From contig CBDCTH010000004.1 of assembly GCA_965222155.1 (NCBI GenBank), positions 384,001 through 448,000 on the forward strand: a DNA stretch of 64,000 nucleotides, read 5' to 3'. Shown one piece after another: positions 20,719 to 30,479 of the stretch. Source of the DNA: Gammaproteobacteria bacterium. GTDB lineage: Bacteria > Pseudomonadota > Gammaproteobacteria > Eutrophobiales > Eutrophobiaceae. Position numbers and translations under genes: made by a program. Position 1 is the stretch's first letter, and every line of letters begins with the position of its first letter. The notes beneath the pieces were generated by a model. The model saw nothing but the letters and a program-made list of their open reading frames with translations, was not told where the DNA came from and searched no databases.

Positions 20719-22029
20719 ATGACGAAGCTAACAAATTATGTGTTTGACTTGATGGCCACACCGGTCTGCCGCCAGTGTCTTTTGCCGTTCCTCCTGCCCG
20801 GCATTGCCCCATCCATCGCTTTGGGCAACGAAGCATCAGGCACACAAGTTCCCGACCCTGAAGCGCCCGGGCTAACCTGGTCCATCGCCCGCTACGAAAC
20901 GCGTATTGCCGAACTGGAGGCCGCCGAAGGTCCCCATGCAGCCGAGCTGGTTGAAGCCCACTCCAGCCTGGGCATGCTCTACCAGCGGGCCGGAGACCAC
21001 GGCCAGGCGATTGCAGTATTGCGGGACGCCCTGCAGTCGGCGCGCGTCAACGATGGGCTGCACAATATGAGCCAGGTCGCCATCCTGGAGGCCATCATCG
21101 ACAGCCAGGTCGCCCTGAGCGCCAGGGATGATCTGCGGCGCAACTATGAATACCTGTTCTGGCTGTACCAGCGCAACTACGGCGATTACAGCGCCGGCCT
21201 GGTGCCGGTGATCAAGAGGGTGGGGCAGTGGTACTTCGACCTCTACAACTTCAGCCCCCCGAACACCACGGTGGAACCCCTGATCGCGGCGGACGCCCTG
21301 TATGCCAAGGCGCTGAAAATCCTCCCGGGGGATGCGCCGTCCCGGGACCGGGCAGACATCTTATATAAGGTGGCCGTCATCAACCACCACGTCGCTGAGG
21401 ACGTGCAGGCCCCGATGCTGTCCCACCGGGAAATACGGGAAGCCATGATCCCCCACGGCCGGGGCAGCCCCTACCTCAACGAAACGGCCGTGCGCCAGTA
21501 CTACGCCGACCAGAGCTTCCACAAGGGCAAGCGCTCGCTGAAGCGCATCATCGAGACCTATGAGAAAACCCTGCCCGACGGCATCATGGACTACACCCGG
21601 GCGCTGGTATTCATGGGCGACTGGCTGACCGTGCAACGCCGGGTCCTGGAGGGCGCCCGCCTGTACCAGCGCGCCTGGGCCGCCCTGAAAGAACACAACG
21701 CCGACCCGGCGCAGGTGGATGAACTGTTCGGCGAACCGCAACCCATAGAGCAACTCCCCATCCCGGGCGAGCCGGAGCCGCAAGTCGGCGCCGACAACTA
21801 CTACGTGGATGCCCTGCTGGACGTACCCGAGTCAGGCTGGCCCACCAACATCAGGATACAGGCCATCCACCCGCCCGGCGAAACCACCCTGATCCAGCGC
21901 GCCGAACGCGGTATCGCCGCCACCCGCTACCGCCCCCGCTACTGCAACGGCCAACCGGTCGTCACCAGCGACGTCCCCCTGCGCTTCATCTTCAAGCACA
22001 AAGACCAACCCGGCTGGCTGCATTATTAA
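20719..22029 (+). CDS. Secreted TPR-like protein with TonB C-terminal-like domain (copy 1)
   Basis: Signal-like N-terminus, helical repeats, C-terminal VDALLDVPESG..NIRI...RYRPRY.NGQPV motif. Confidence 0.65.
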   Translation: MTKLTNYVFDLMATPVCRQCLLPFLLPGIAPSIALGNEASGTQVPDPEAPGLTWSIARYETRIAELEAAEGPHAAELVEAHSSLGMLYQRAGDHGQAIAVLRDALQSARVNDGLHNMSQVAILEAIIDSQVALSARDDLRRNYEYLFWLYQRNYGDYSAGLVPVIKRVGQWYFDLYNFSPPNTTVEPLIAADALYAKALKILPGDAPSRDRADILYKVAVINHHVAEDVQAPMLSHREIREAMIPHGRGSPYLNETAVRQYYADQSFHKGKRSLKRIIETYEKTLPDGIMDYTRALVFMGDWLTVQRRVLEGARLYQRAWAALKEHNADPAQVDELFGEPQPIEQLPIPGEPEPQVGADNYYVDALLDVPESGWPTNIRIQAIHPPGETTLIQRAERGIAATRYRPRYCNGQPVVTSDVPLRFIFKHKDQPGWLHY

Positions 22030-22100
22030 ACCTCTAAATTCGGGACACCCATAAATTGATTTTGTGGGTGTCCCGAATTAATGGGTGTCCCAAATTAATG

Positions 22101-22635
22101 CGTGAGCAGGAAAGCGGGCAGGACCAGGCCGGTTAAAATGGCAACACGTTGCACGGCATTAACCACTTTGCGCCAGAACCAGGGAGAAATAGCGGTTGTC
22201 CGGCTCAAAATGACGGATGACGTCAAGTCCGAATTCGTCCAGCAGTGTCTCCAATTCATCATGGTCAAACTTGTAACTCAATTCGGTCAGTATCTTCTCA
22301 CCGCGTGCCAGCCGGATGCTCAAATCCAGCCTGCCCAGAGTAATCTGCTGGTCCAGTCCGGATACCAGGTACATCTCAATCCTGTGCAACTCATTATTAT
22401 AGAAAGCCAAATGCGCGAAATTATCCGCGCGGAAGGCCGCGTCCAGTTCCCGGTTGAGCACCCGCAACACGTTCAGGTTGAACTCGGCGGTAATCCTCTG
22501 GGCATCGTTATAGGCGGCATGCAGCACGTCATTGTCTTTTATCCGGTCTGCCCCCAGCAGCAGAAAATCGCCCGGCTGCATGCGCCGGCGGATGTCGCCG
22601 ATGAAGGCGCGTACCTCGGGGGGGGGGGGGGGGTA
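22101..22635 (-). pseudogene. Diverged fragment of the egtD 3' half plus mltF 5' end, bounded by GGACACCC repeats
   Basis: Homologous to 18150-18675; translation matches the EgtD C-terminus, then MVNAVQRVAILTGLVLPAFLL versus MltF MGRTAKFVPVLIGLVLPAYLL. Confidence 0.88.
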
Positions 22636-22882
22636 AATCCGGGATAAATTCAGGACACCCATAAAATGGGGCAAATTCGGGACATCCATAAAATAGGGGT
22701 CAATCCAGGGGGATAAATTTGGGAGGGTAAATTTAGGAGGTAAATTTAGGACACCCATAAAATGGGCAAGAATAAATCCTGGACACCCACGAAATATTTT
22801 ATGGATGTCCTGAATCTATGGGTGTCCTAAATTTGCGTCCTGAATTGCGACCTATAATATCCAGGGGATACTGACAGATTTG

Positions 22883-23140
22883 TTACTCGTAATGATATCT
22901 GAGTTGAGCGATATACAAGTTATTACCGGCAACCTTGTAGACAATTCTATGCTCGTCATTGATCCGTCTGGACCAATAGCCCGTCAGGTTATGTCTCAGT
23001 GCTTCGGGTTTACCAATTCCTGCAAAGGGATCGCGCTGGATAGCCTTGATCAATGTGTTTATTCGCTTCAGCGTTGCTTTGTCCGTTTTCTGCCAGTAAA
23101 GGTAATTCTCCCATGCCGTGGAAGAAAACGTGAGTTTCAT
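22883..23140 (-). CDS. yoeB: Txe/YoeB toxin
   Basis: AWENYLYWQ, DPFAGIGKPEAL, WSRRINDEHRIVY, RYHY. Confidence 0.95.
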   Translation of the reverse strand: MKLTFSSTAWENYLYWQKTDKATLKRINTLIKAIQRDPFAGIGKPEALRHNLTGYWSRRINDEHRIVYKVAGNNLYIAQLRYHYE

Positions 23141-23388
23141 TCAATAAGTTCCCGTTCCGTGCCCTTTCCGGCTTCCAGTTCGGCGATGGATTCCAGCAGG
23201 CGCCTTGAATTGGCCGGGGCTCGCAGCAGATAGGCGGTTTCTTCCAAGGCCTGATAATCATCCAGGGACAGCATGACCACGGCCGATTCCCGCTTACGGG
23301 TAATAATGATGGGGGTATGGTCGTTGCATACTTTTTCCATCGTCTTCGCCAGGTTCGCCCGGGCAGCGGTGTAACTAATAGCATCCAT
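23137..23388 (-). CDS. yefM: YefM antitoxin
   Basis: ISYTAARANLA, PIIITR, LEETAYLLRAPAN. Confidence 0.95.
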   Translation of the reverse strand: MDAISYTAARANLAKTMEKVCNDHTPIIITRKRESAVVMLSLDDYQALEETAYLLRAPANSRRLLESIAELEAGKGTERELIE

Positions 23389-23686
23389 ATCAGCCTCCGG
23401 TTTCTATTGTACAGGATAATGTACGTATATCCTACACGCAAAAGCAAATGATGATCAACCCGTTACAAATTCAGGACACCCATAAAATGGGACAAATCCG
23501 GGACACCCACAAAATATTTTGTAGATACCCTTAATTTATGGGTGTCCTGAATTAGCTTCCTGAATTAGCTGTCTTTCGCATTGACAGGAGCCTGAACAGA
23601 ATTAATACTGTCGATAACATTCGATATCCTTGACAACAGGTTTCGGGTTGGAGAATGGTTAATGCAATGAGGCACAAAACAGGTAA

Positions 23687-23920
23687 ATGGATTTTGAGAT
23701 TATCAGCATTATTCGTCATTCTGAAACCATCGCACAAGGCTTCAGGATTCGCGAGTTGAAACGCCTGCAGAAGATATATGGATCAGGCCGGTGGCGAAAA
23801 CGTAAAGGTGAAACTACTGTCAGGCTGGCTGATGGAACCATATTGGGTGCAGAAGTTCACTGGTACGAAGCTCACGGTATAGGAAAACGTGAATTCAAGA
23901 TTAAACGGTATCTGAAATAA
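23687..23920 (+). CDS. Conserved hypothetical basic protein (possible toxin)
   Basis: 77 aa, AEVHWYEAHGIGK motif; coupled to the next small gene. Confidence 0.7.
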   Translation: MDFEIISIIRHSETIAQGFRIRELKRLQKIYGSGRWRKRKGETTVRLADGTILGAEVHWYEAHGIGKREFKIKRYLK

Positions 23921-23925
23921 CACTC

Positions 23926-24135
23926 ATGGCAAATACAAAATTTGCGGTCTGTATTGATAACTCAGGTTACGAGGCATCTCTGGAGCGTCGAAAATTATAT
24001 CAACTGATCCCGGATGATGAGGCGGCAAAACATCATCAGTTGCGGGTCACGGATGAGTCAGGGGAAGATTATCTCTATCCGGAATCCTGTTTTGTGACTG
24101 CGGCCTTGCCCGAAGCAAAGAAAGCGGCAACATAA
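23926..24135 (+). CDS. Conserved hypothetical acidic protein (possible antitoxin/immunity)
   Basis: 69 aa, CIDNSGYEASLE, RVTDESGEDYLYP. Confidence 0.7.
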   Translation: MANTKFAVCIDNSGYEASLERRKLYQLIPDDEAAKHHQLRVTDESGEDYLYPESCFVTAALPEAKKAAT

Positions 24136-24310
24136 TATAACCAAATCACCTCTGGTTATACCGGACAACCCCGTCATACCGAAAGAATCAGCCCGGTATA
24201 AATCCGGGACACCCACGAAATATTTTGTGGATGTCCTGAATTTATGGATGTCCTGAATTTGCCACTGGCATGGTAGTATCTTATATATTAAAAAGTATGC
24301 ATCCGCCCTG

Positions 24311-25606
24311 ATGACCGAACCCGTCTGCCGATATTTTTTGCCATTGCTTGTTATCGGCATTGTTCCATCCTTCTCTCCGGCCAACGAGCCGGCAGACATC
24401 CACCGCCCTGACTCTACTGTCGCTACACAAGCCCCCTCCGATCCCGGGCTGACCCGGTCCATCGCAAGCTATGAAACCCGCATTGCCGAACTGGAGGCTG
24501 CCGGAGGACCTCATGCAGCCGAGCTCGTCGAAGCCCACTCCAGCCTGGGCATGCTCTACCAGCGGGCCGGAGACCACGGCCAGGCGATTGCAGTATTGCG
24601 GGACGCCCTGCAGTCGGCGCGCGTCAACGATGGGCTGCACAGCATGAGCCAGGTCGCCATCCTGGAGGCCATCATCGACAGCCAGGTTGCCCTGGGCGCC
24701 AGGGATGATCTGCGGCGCAACTATGAATACCTGTTCTGGCTGTACCAGCGCAATTACGGCGATCACAGCGCCGGCCTGGTGCCGGTGATCAAGAGGGTGG
24801 GCCAGTGGTACTTCGACCTCTACAACTTCAGCCCCCCGAACACCACGGTGGAACCCCTGATCGCGGCGGACGACCTGTATGCCAAAGCGCTGAAAATCCT
24901 CCCGGAGGATGCGCCGCCCCGGGACCGGGCAGACATCTTATATAAGGTGGCCGTCATCAACCACCACGTCGCTGAGGACGTGCAGGCCCCGATGCTGTCC
25001 CACCGGGAAATACGGGAAGCCATGATCCCCCACGGCCGGAGCAGCCCCTACCTCAACGAAACGGCCGTGCGCCAGTACTACGCCGACCAGAGCTTCCACA
25101 AGGGCAAGCGCTCGCTGAAGCGCATCATCGAGACCTATGAGAAAACCCTGCCCGACGGCATCATGGACTACACCCGGGCGCTGGTATTCATGGGCGACTG
25201 GCTGACCGTGCAACGCCGGGTCCTGGAGGGCGCCCGCCTGTACCAGCGCGCCTGGGCCGCCCTGAAAGAACACGACGCCGACCTGGCGCTGGTGGATGAG
25301 TTATTCGGCGAACCGCAACCCATAGAGCAACTCCCCATCCCGGGCGAGCCGGAGCCGCAAGTCGGCGCCGACAACTACTACGTGGATGCCCTGCTGGACG
25401 TACCCGAGTCAGGCTGGCCCACCAACATCAGGATACAGGCCATCCACCCGCCCGAACAGACCACCCTGGTCCGCCGCGCCGAGCGCGGCATCGCCGCCAC
25501 CCGCTACCGCCCCCGCTACCGCAACGGCCAACCGGTCGCCAGCACCGACGTCCCCCTGCGCTTCATCTTCAAGCACAAAGACCAACCCGGCTGGCTGCAT
25601 TATTAA
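24311..25606 (+). CDS. Secreted TPR-like protein with TonB C-terminal-like domain (copy 2)
   Basis: Near-identical to 20719-22029 after the first ~50 aa. Confidence 0.65.
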   Translation: MTEPVCRYFLPLLVIGIVPSFSPANEPADIHRPDSTVATQAPSDPGLTRSIASYETRIAELEAAGGPHAAELVEAHSSLGMLYQRAGDHGQAIAVLRDALQSARVNDGLHSMSQVAILEAIIDSQVALGARDDLRRNYEYLFWLYQRNYGDHSAGLVPVIKRVGQWYFDLYNFSPPNTTVEPLIAADDLYAKALKILPEDAPPRDRADILYKVAVINHHVAEDVQAPMLSHREIREAMIPHGRSSPYLNETAVRQYYADQSFHKGKRSLKRIIETYEKTLPDGIMDYTRALVFMGDWLTVQRRVLEGARLYQRAWAALKEHDADLALVDELFGEPQPIEQLPIPGEPEPQVGADNYYVDALLDVPESGWPTNIRIQAIHPPEQTTLVRRAERGIAATRYRPRYRNGQPVASTDVPLRFIFKHKDQPGWLHY

Positions 25607-25822
25607 ACCTCTAAATTCGGGACACCCATAAATTGGGTTTGGGAGGGATGAATTTGGGACACCCATGAATTGAATTTATGGGTGTCCTGAAATTGGAAAT
25701 TAATGGGTGTCCTGAATTACTCTGCCATTTGACATCATAATTCACTATGTAACTTACAAAATACATAATATTTTCACTTTTTGACTTCATTTTTCCAGTA
25801 AACCCCGTATAATGACCATAAA

Positions 25823-26998
25823 ATGAATTCAAAACCCCCGTTCATGTTCGAAAGACTCATTAAAAAACCGCTGGAATCACGCAAAAGTTTTTTTCTCTTC
25901 GGCCCAAGAGGGACCGGCAAGACCACCTGGTTGAAACACCATCTCCCCGATGCGCTGTTTATTAACCTGCTCCAATCTGAATTCTACAATCGCCTGACTG
26001 CGAACCCCGGATACCTCAGAGAGTTCATTCCCCCCGACTACACAAAGCGGGTTATTATTGACGAGATACAGCGTATCCCTGCGCTGCTGAACGAAGTACA
26101 TGACCTGATCGAATCAAGAAAACTGGACTTTGTCCTGACCGGTTCAAGCGCCAGGGCGTTAAGACGGAAAGGGGTCAACCTGTTAGCCGGCCGTGCCCTG
26201 ACGTATGCCATGCACCCGTTGACGGTGACTGAGCAGCAGGACGCATTCGACCTGCGCAAATCCATACGGCTCGGCCATTTACCCGCCCGGTTCAACGAGA
26301 ACGACCCTGGCAAATATCTCAAGGACTACGTGCAGACATACCTCAGGGAAGAAGTCATGCAGGAGGGCCTGACCCGCAACATCGGCCACTTTTCCCGATT
26401 TCTGGAAGTAGCCAGCTTCTCCCAGGGAACAACGGTCAATATCAGCGCCGTAGCACGCGAGGCACAGGTCGAGCGACCGGTTGCGGAGAACTATTTCTCC
26501 ATATTGGAAGACCTGCTCATAGCCGTGCGCCTGCCGGTATTCAGCCGCAAGGCAAAAAGAAAACTCATCACACACAATAAATTTTATTTTTTCGATGTCG
26601 GCGTGTATCGAGCGATACGGCCCGTCGGACCCCTGGACTCCGATGCAGAACTGGACGGTCCTGCATTGGAAACACTGGTGCTCCAGGAACTCAGGGCGCT
26701 GAACGATTATTTGGAATGCGATTACCGGATATACTTCTGGCGCACACGAACCAACCTGGAAATCGATTTTGTCCTGTACGGGCCGCGCGGCCTGCTGGCA
26801 ATCGAGATTAAACGCTCGGCGCATGTCCAATTCAAACAGACACGATCGTTGCGGGAATTCAAAAAAGATTATCCCCCCGCCAGGTGCTACGTGTTCTACG
26901 GTGGAACCACTCCCCGATACATGGAAGACGTCACCGTGCTGCCCATCGAATACGCACTGAAGAATCTAGACCGGATGTTAACGGACAACCTGAACTGA
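25823..26998 (+). CDS. AAA+ ATPase (AAA_14 + DUF4143 type)
   Basis: GPRGTGKT Walker A, IIDEIQ Walker B, LTGSS, KFYFFDVG, EIDFV..AIEIK nuclease-like tail. Confidence 0.85.
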   Translation: MNSKPPFMFERLIKKPLESRKSFFLFGPRGTGKTTWLKHHLPDALFINLLQSEFYNRLTANPGYLREFIPPDYTKRVIIDEIQRIPALLNEVHDLIESRKLDFVLTGSSARALRRKGVNLLAGRALTYAMHPLTVTEQQDAFDLRKSIRLGHLPARFNENDPGKYLKDYVQTYLREEVMQEGLTRNIGHFSRFLEVASFSQGTTVNISAVAREAQVERPVAENYFSILEDLLIAVRLPVFSRKAKRKLITHNKFYFFDVGVYRAIRPVGPLDSDAELDGPALETLVLQELRALNDYLECDYRIYFWRTRTNLEIDFVLYGPRGLLAIEIKRSAHVQFKQTRSLREFKKDYPPARCYVFYGGTTPRYMEDVTVLPIEYALKNLDRMLTDNLN

Positions 26999-27119
26999 TA
27001 TGGGTGTCCCGAATTTATGGGTGTCCTGAATTAGCTTCCCGTCCTGAACTAGCCCTTAGAAAGATTCAGGGACGGGTATCAACCCGTCCGTAATTCATGG
27101 GTGTCCTAAATTAAGGGTT

Positions 27120-27341
27120 CTAACAGTTAGCGGAAAACTCATCAACGGTAAGGCCGGCAGAGCGAATCAGGCTCCTCAAAGTTCCTTTGGCAACCTCCTT
27201 GTGGTCAGGCACAGAAAGCGTCGCTATTTCTCCTTCTTTTGTCATAATAATGTGGCTGCTTCTCCGGCGCGCCACGTTCCAACCAAAGCCCTTGAAAATC
27301 CGCACAACTTCCTGCCCACTTAAAGAGGGTAATACTGCCAC
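27120..27341 (-). CDS. hicA: HicA toxin
   Basis: GWNVARRRSSHIIM, SVPDHKEVAKGTLRSLI. Confidence 0.88.
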   Translation of the reverse strand: MAVLPSLSGQEVVRIFKGFGWNVARRRSSHIIMTKEGEIATLSVPDHKEVAKGTLRSLIRSAGLTVDEFSANC

Positions 27342-27547
27342 TAAGCTGCGACCTCTATTTGCTGTGTCTCAATAGTTAACGGCAACCCCTTTTCTGCACG
27401 TACCTCAAGACAGAGAGCAATCGCTTCCTTAATATTGTCCAGTGCTTGCTCTCGGGTCTCACCCTGACTGACACAACCCGGAATCGCGGGACATTCAACA
27501 ATCCATACCCCATCTTCGTCCCGGTCAACCGTTATATTGAATTTCAT
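27341..27547 (-). CDS. hicB: HicB antitoxin
   Basis: DEDGVWIVECPAIPGCVSQGETREQAL. Confidence 0.9.
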   Translation of the reverse strand: MKFNITVDRDEDGVWIVECPAIPGCVSQGETREQALDNIKEAIALCLEVRAEKGLPLTIETQQIEVAA

Positions 27548-27721
27548 AATCTTCTTGGCCCCCGGCCACTGAGTTCATCACATTTATGAAAAGCGTACTA
27601 AAAAACGATTCAAGGATAAACCAAGGGCGAAAAAGAACAACAATTTCATTTTCAGTTGAATTCCAAATCAGACTGGATGCCGGGTGAAGCCCGGCATGGC
27701 GACGGGGACGCCGGGTCACAG

Positions 27722-28060
27722 CAAATCCGGGACCAAATCCGGGACACCCATAAAATCGTTTTGTGGGTGTCCCGAATTAATGGGTGTCCTGAATTAATGG
27801 GTGTCCTGAATTAATGGGTGTCCTGAATTAATGGGTGTCCTAATGGGTGTCCTGAATTAATGTCCTGAATTAATGGGTGTCCCGAATTAATGGGTGTCCT
27901 GAATTAATGGGTGTGAATTAATGGGTGTCCCGAATTAATGGGTGTCCCGAATTAATGGGTGTCCCGAATGAATTAATGGGTGTCCCGAATTAATGGGTGT
28001 CCCGAATTAATGGGTGTCCCGAATTAAGGGTGTCCCGAATTAATGGGTGTCCCGAATTAG
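27722..28060. repeat. Second ATGGGTGTCC(T/C)GAATTA satellite with truncated units
   Basis: About 17 tandem full or partial units after one inverted GGACACCCAT arm. Confidence 0.93.
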
Positions 28061-28074
28061 CTTTCCCAAGTCGC

Positions 28075-28608
28075 TCAGCCAAACACCCGCGGCACAAAAC
28101 CCACGTCGTTGGTGATACTTGCGCTGCTGCCGGTGGCCCGGATCACATACAGGCCCTGCCGTTGCGCATACACCTGTACGGACGCATCCGCCTTTAGGTA
28201 TGCCACCGCACCGTAGATCTTCTTTCCTTTGTAGACTGGCGCATAATCCGTGAACTTGCCCAGCTTCTCAAGAAACTGCGCCACGTCCTCTGCGCGCAGC
28301 GTGGTCTTTACCTCCACTACCACCACTTCTTCACCATTCTCAGCCAGGATATCAAACTCAAAATGCTCGCCATTACGCCGGCCATTCAATCGGGTATGCG
28401 TGGACCGTACGGTTATCCCTCGGGCGTGCAACAAGGGAACCAGGTCACCTTCCACCAGGCTCTCCATCAGTGCGCCCCACTGGCTGGTAAATAACCCTTC
28501 CAGCTTTTTCATCCGCCGGTTGGCCTCCTTGTGCTCATTGGACACCTCGCGCAGGATGGCCCGGATTTCTTCGAAGGTGGCGGGTTCACGTTGCAGTTCT
28601 TTTTCCAT
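28075..28608 (-). CDS. Coiled-coil + PD-(D/E)XK-like nuclease-fold protein (DUF3782-like)
   Basis: WGALME, EFDILA, VVVEVKTTL, IYGAVA, GLYVIR. Confidence 0.7.
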   Translation of the reverse strand: MEKELQREPATFEEIRAILREVSNEHKEANRRMKKLEGLFTSQWGALMESLVEGDLVPLLHARGITVRSTHTRLNGRRNGEHFEFDILAENGEEVVVVEVKTTLRAEDVAQFLEKLGKFTDYAPVYKGKKIYGAVAYLKADASVQVYAQRQGLYVIRATGSSASITNDVGFVPRVFG

Positions 28609-29159
28609 GATGCATTTCTCCTTATCAGTTCAGGTGGCGTTCACGAATAGCGCGGAGCCGGGCATGTAATACAAACCCGTCCCCGTGTCAGACATATTAT
28701 TATAGATAACGCGAAATAAGCAAATTCAGGATAAGCAAATTCAGGACACCCATAAATTCACTTTGCAGAAAGAACCGGGCCAGGCTTCAACCCGTCATAC
28801 CGGCCACCCCCCCTCGTCATACTCGTCATACCCCCCCTCTCGTCATACCGCCACCCCCCTCTCGTCATACCGCCCCCCTCTCGTCATACCGGCCAGGGAT
28901 TGGCCGGTACCCAGCCACAAGGACGTATAATAAAACACCTCCCCCAGCACCCCCCCACAAACACAAACCCCACCCCCCCGTTGCAACAAAGCAACACCTC
29001 CCCCCAAACCATCCACCCCCCAAACCACCCCCCCAAAACCCCCCAAAACCCAACCAAAACCCAACCACAAAACACCGCCACAAAAACTGACACGTATGTT
29101 GCCTGCTGATAAAACTTTAACTATACTGGGCTGAATTTTTTAACCGGATTAGACAATTT

Positions 29160-29450
29160 ATGCAGACTACAACCGTATCGCAACTCAAAATGTCGATGAG
29201 CGCCTATTTACGTCAGGTCAAGGCCGGTGAAGAACTGTTAATTACTGAGCATGGTCGTCCGGTTGCGCGTCTGTTGCCCGTTGCGGACCTTGCGTCTCTA
29301 CCCGAGCACCTGGCTGACATGGAAAAAAAAGGCTTGCTCAAACGTGCCGAGAAATCCTTGCCGGCGGATTTTTGGACCCTGCCTCGTCCCTCAGACCCAC
29401 AGGCGACAGTACGTTCGGCGGTCTTGCAGGAGCGCAAACAGGGCTGGTGA
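29160..29450 (+). CDS. Phd/YefM-family antitoxin
   Basis: VSQLK..MSAYLRQVKAGEELLITEHGRPVARL. Confidence 0.88.
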   Translation: MQTTTVSQLKMSMSAYLRQVKAGEELLITEHGRPVARLLPVADLASLPEHLADMEKKGLLKRAEKSLPADFWTLPRPSDPQATVRSAVLQERKQGW

Positions 29451-29905
29451 AATTCTGGGATACGTCGGCCATTGTGCCCCTGTATATGCATGAGCCGAAC
29501 TCGACCATAGTACAGCACCTGATCGCTGAGGATTCCTCAATCGTGGTATGGTGGGGCACGCACAGCGAATGCATATCCGCATTGATGCGACAGGTAAGAT
29601 CAGGCGGTTTCACAACGTCAGACGAACACGCCGCCCGTCAGGTATTGCATACTCTGATGCAATCCTGGGCAGAAATACAACCAGGTGAAGCATTACGCAA
29701 CACGGCTGAACGTTTATTGGCAGTGCATCCCTTACGCGCCGCGGATGCCTTGCAACTGGCCGCTGCCATCCAGTGGTGTCAGGGGCTCACAACCGGTCAG
29801 GGCCTTGTTGCCTTTGATCAACGGCTGCGTGACGCGGCATATCGGGAAGGCTTTACTGTTCTTCCCGGGAGTGAGGGCATCCCGCCCTCGACGGGGGCAG
29901 GCTGA
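29447..29905 (+). CDS. vapC: VapC PIN-domain toxin
   Basis: From GTG 29447: KFWDTSAIVPL, LRAADALQLAAA, VAFDQRL; overlaps the antitoxin stop. Confidence 0.88.
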   Translation: MKFWDTSAIVPLYMHEPNSTIVQHLIAEDSSIVVWWGTHSECISALMRQVRSGGFTTSDEHAARQVLHTLMQSWAEIQPGEALRNTAERLLAVHPLRAADALQLAAAIQWCQGLTTGQGLVAFDQRLRDAAYREGFTVLPGSEGIPPSTGAG

Positions 29906-29944
29906 TAAAATCAGCGGGACCAGCCGTTTTTTTCTGTTATACTG

Positions 29945-30373
29945 TTGACATGTCAGTTGAATACTGACATATTGCGGCCATTTTACGGCATGGGGGGGAT
30001 ATGTCGGGGAGAAAGGAGCACAGTTTAGTTCCGTGATACTGGCAAATGTCCGTCTTGGAATAGTGTAATCCGGGGCCAGTATCCAGGAAACATAAACCTG
30101 TTCACTTTTTTGATATTTTTTCCTGCCAGGTAGTTGACATCGTTGCGGAATACTGACATAGTGCTATTATCTTACAACACGGGGGAGAACGGCAGGTCAA
30201 ATCCTTGACAGACCTGCGGTATTTTTCTATTATGCTATTGACATACTTGTTGAATATCGGCATATTGCAACCGATAAAAAAATATGTAACATGGTTGACA
30301 AGCTGTAAACGCGCAGTATGATCAAGAATATTATAAATTATCTGTTGACTTATATCCGTCAGGGTGAGATATT
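29945..30373 (+). promoter_or_regulatory. Tandem array of six sigma70-like promoters upstream of RTX copy 1
   Basis: TTGACA at 29945, 30134, 30205, 30238, 30295 and TTGACT at 30345, followed after 16-17 nt by CATATT, CATAGT, TATTAT, CATATT, TATGAT and GATATT. Confidence 0.7.
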
Positions 30374-30479
30374 TGTGCGCAGTGATAATTTTTCTGTAAA
30401 AATGTGTAATAATGCGCAATAATGCGATAAACCAAAAGAATTCGTTTACTTCTATCTGATAGCACAGGAGAAAAAAGTT

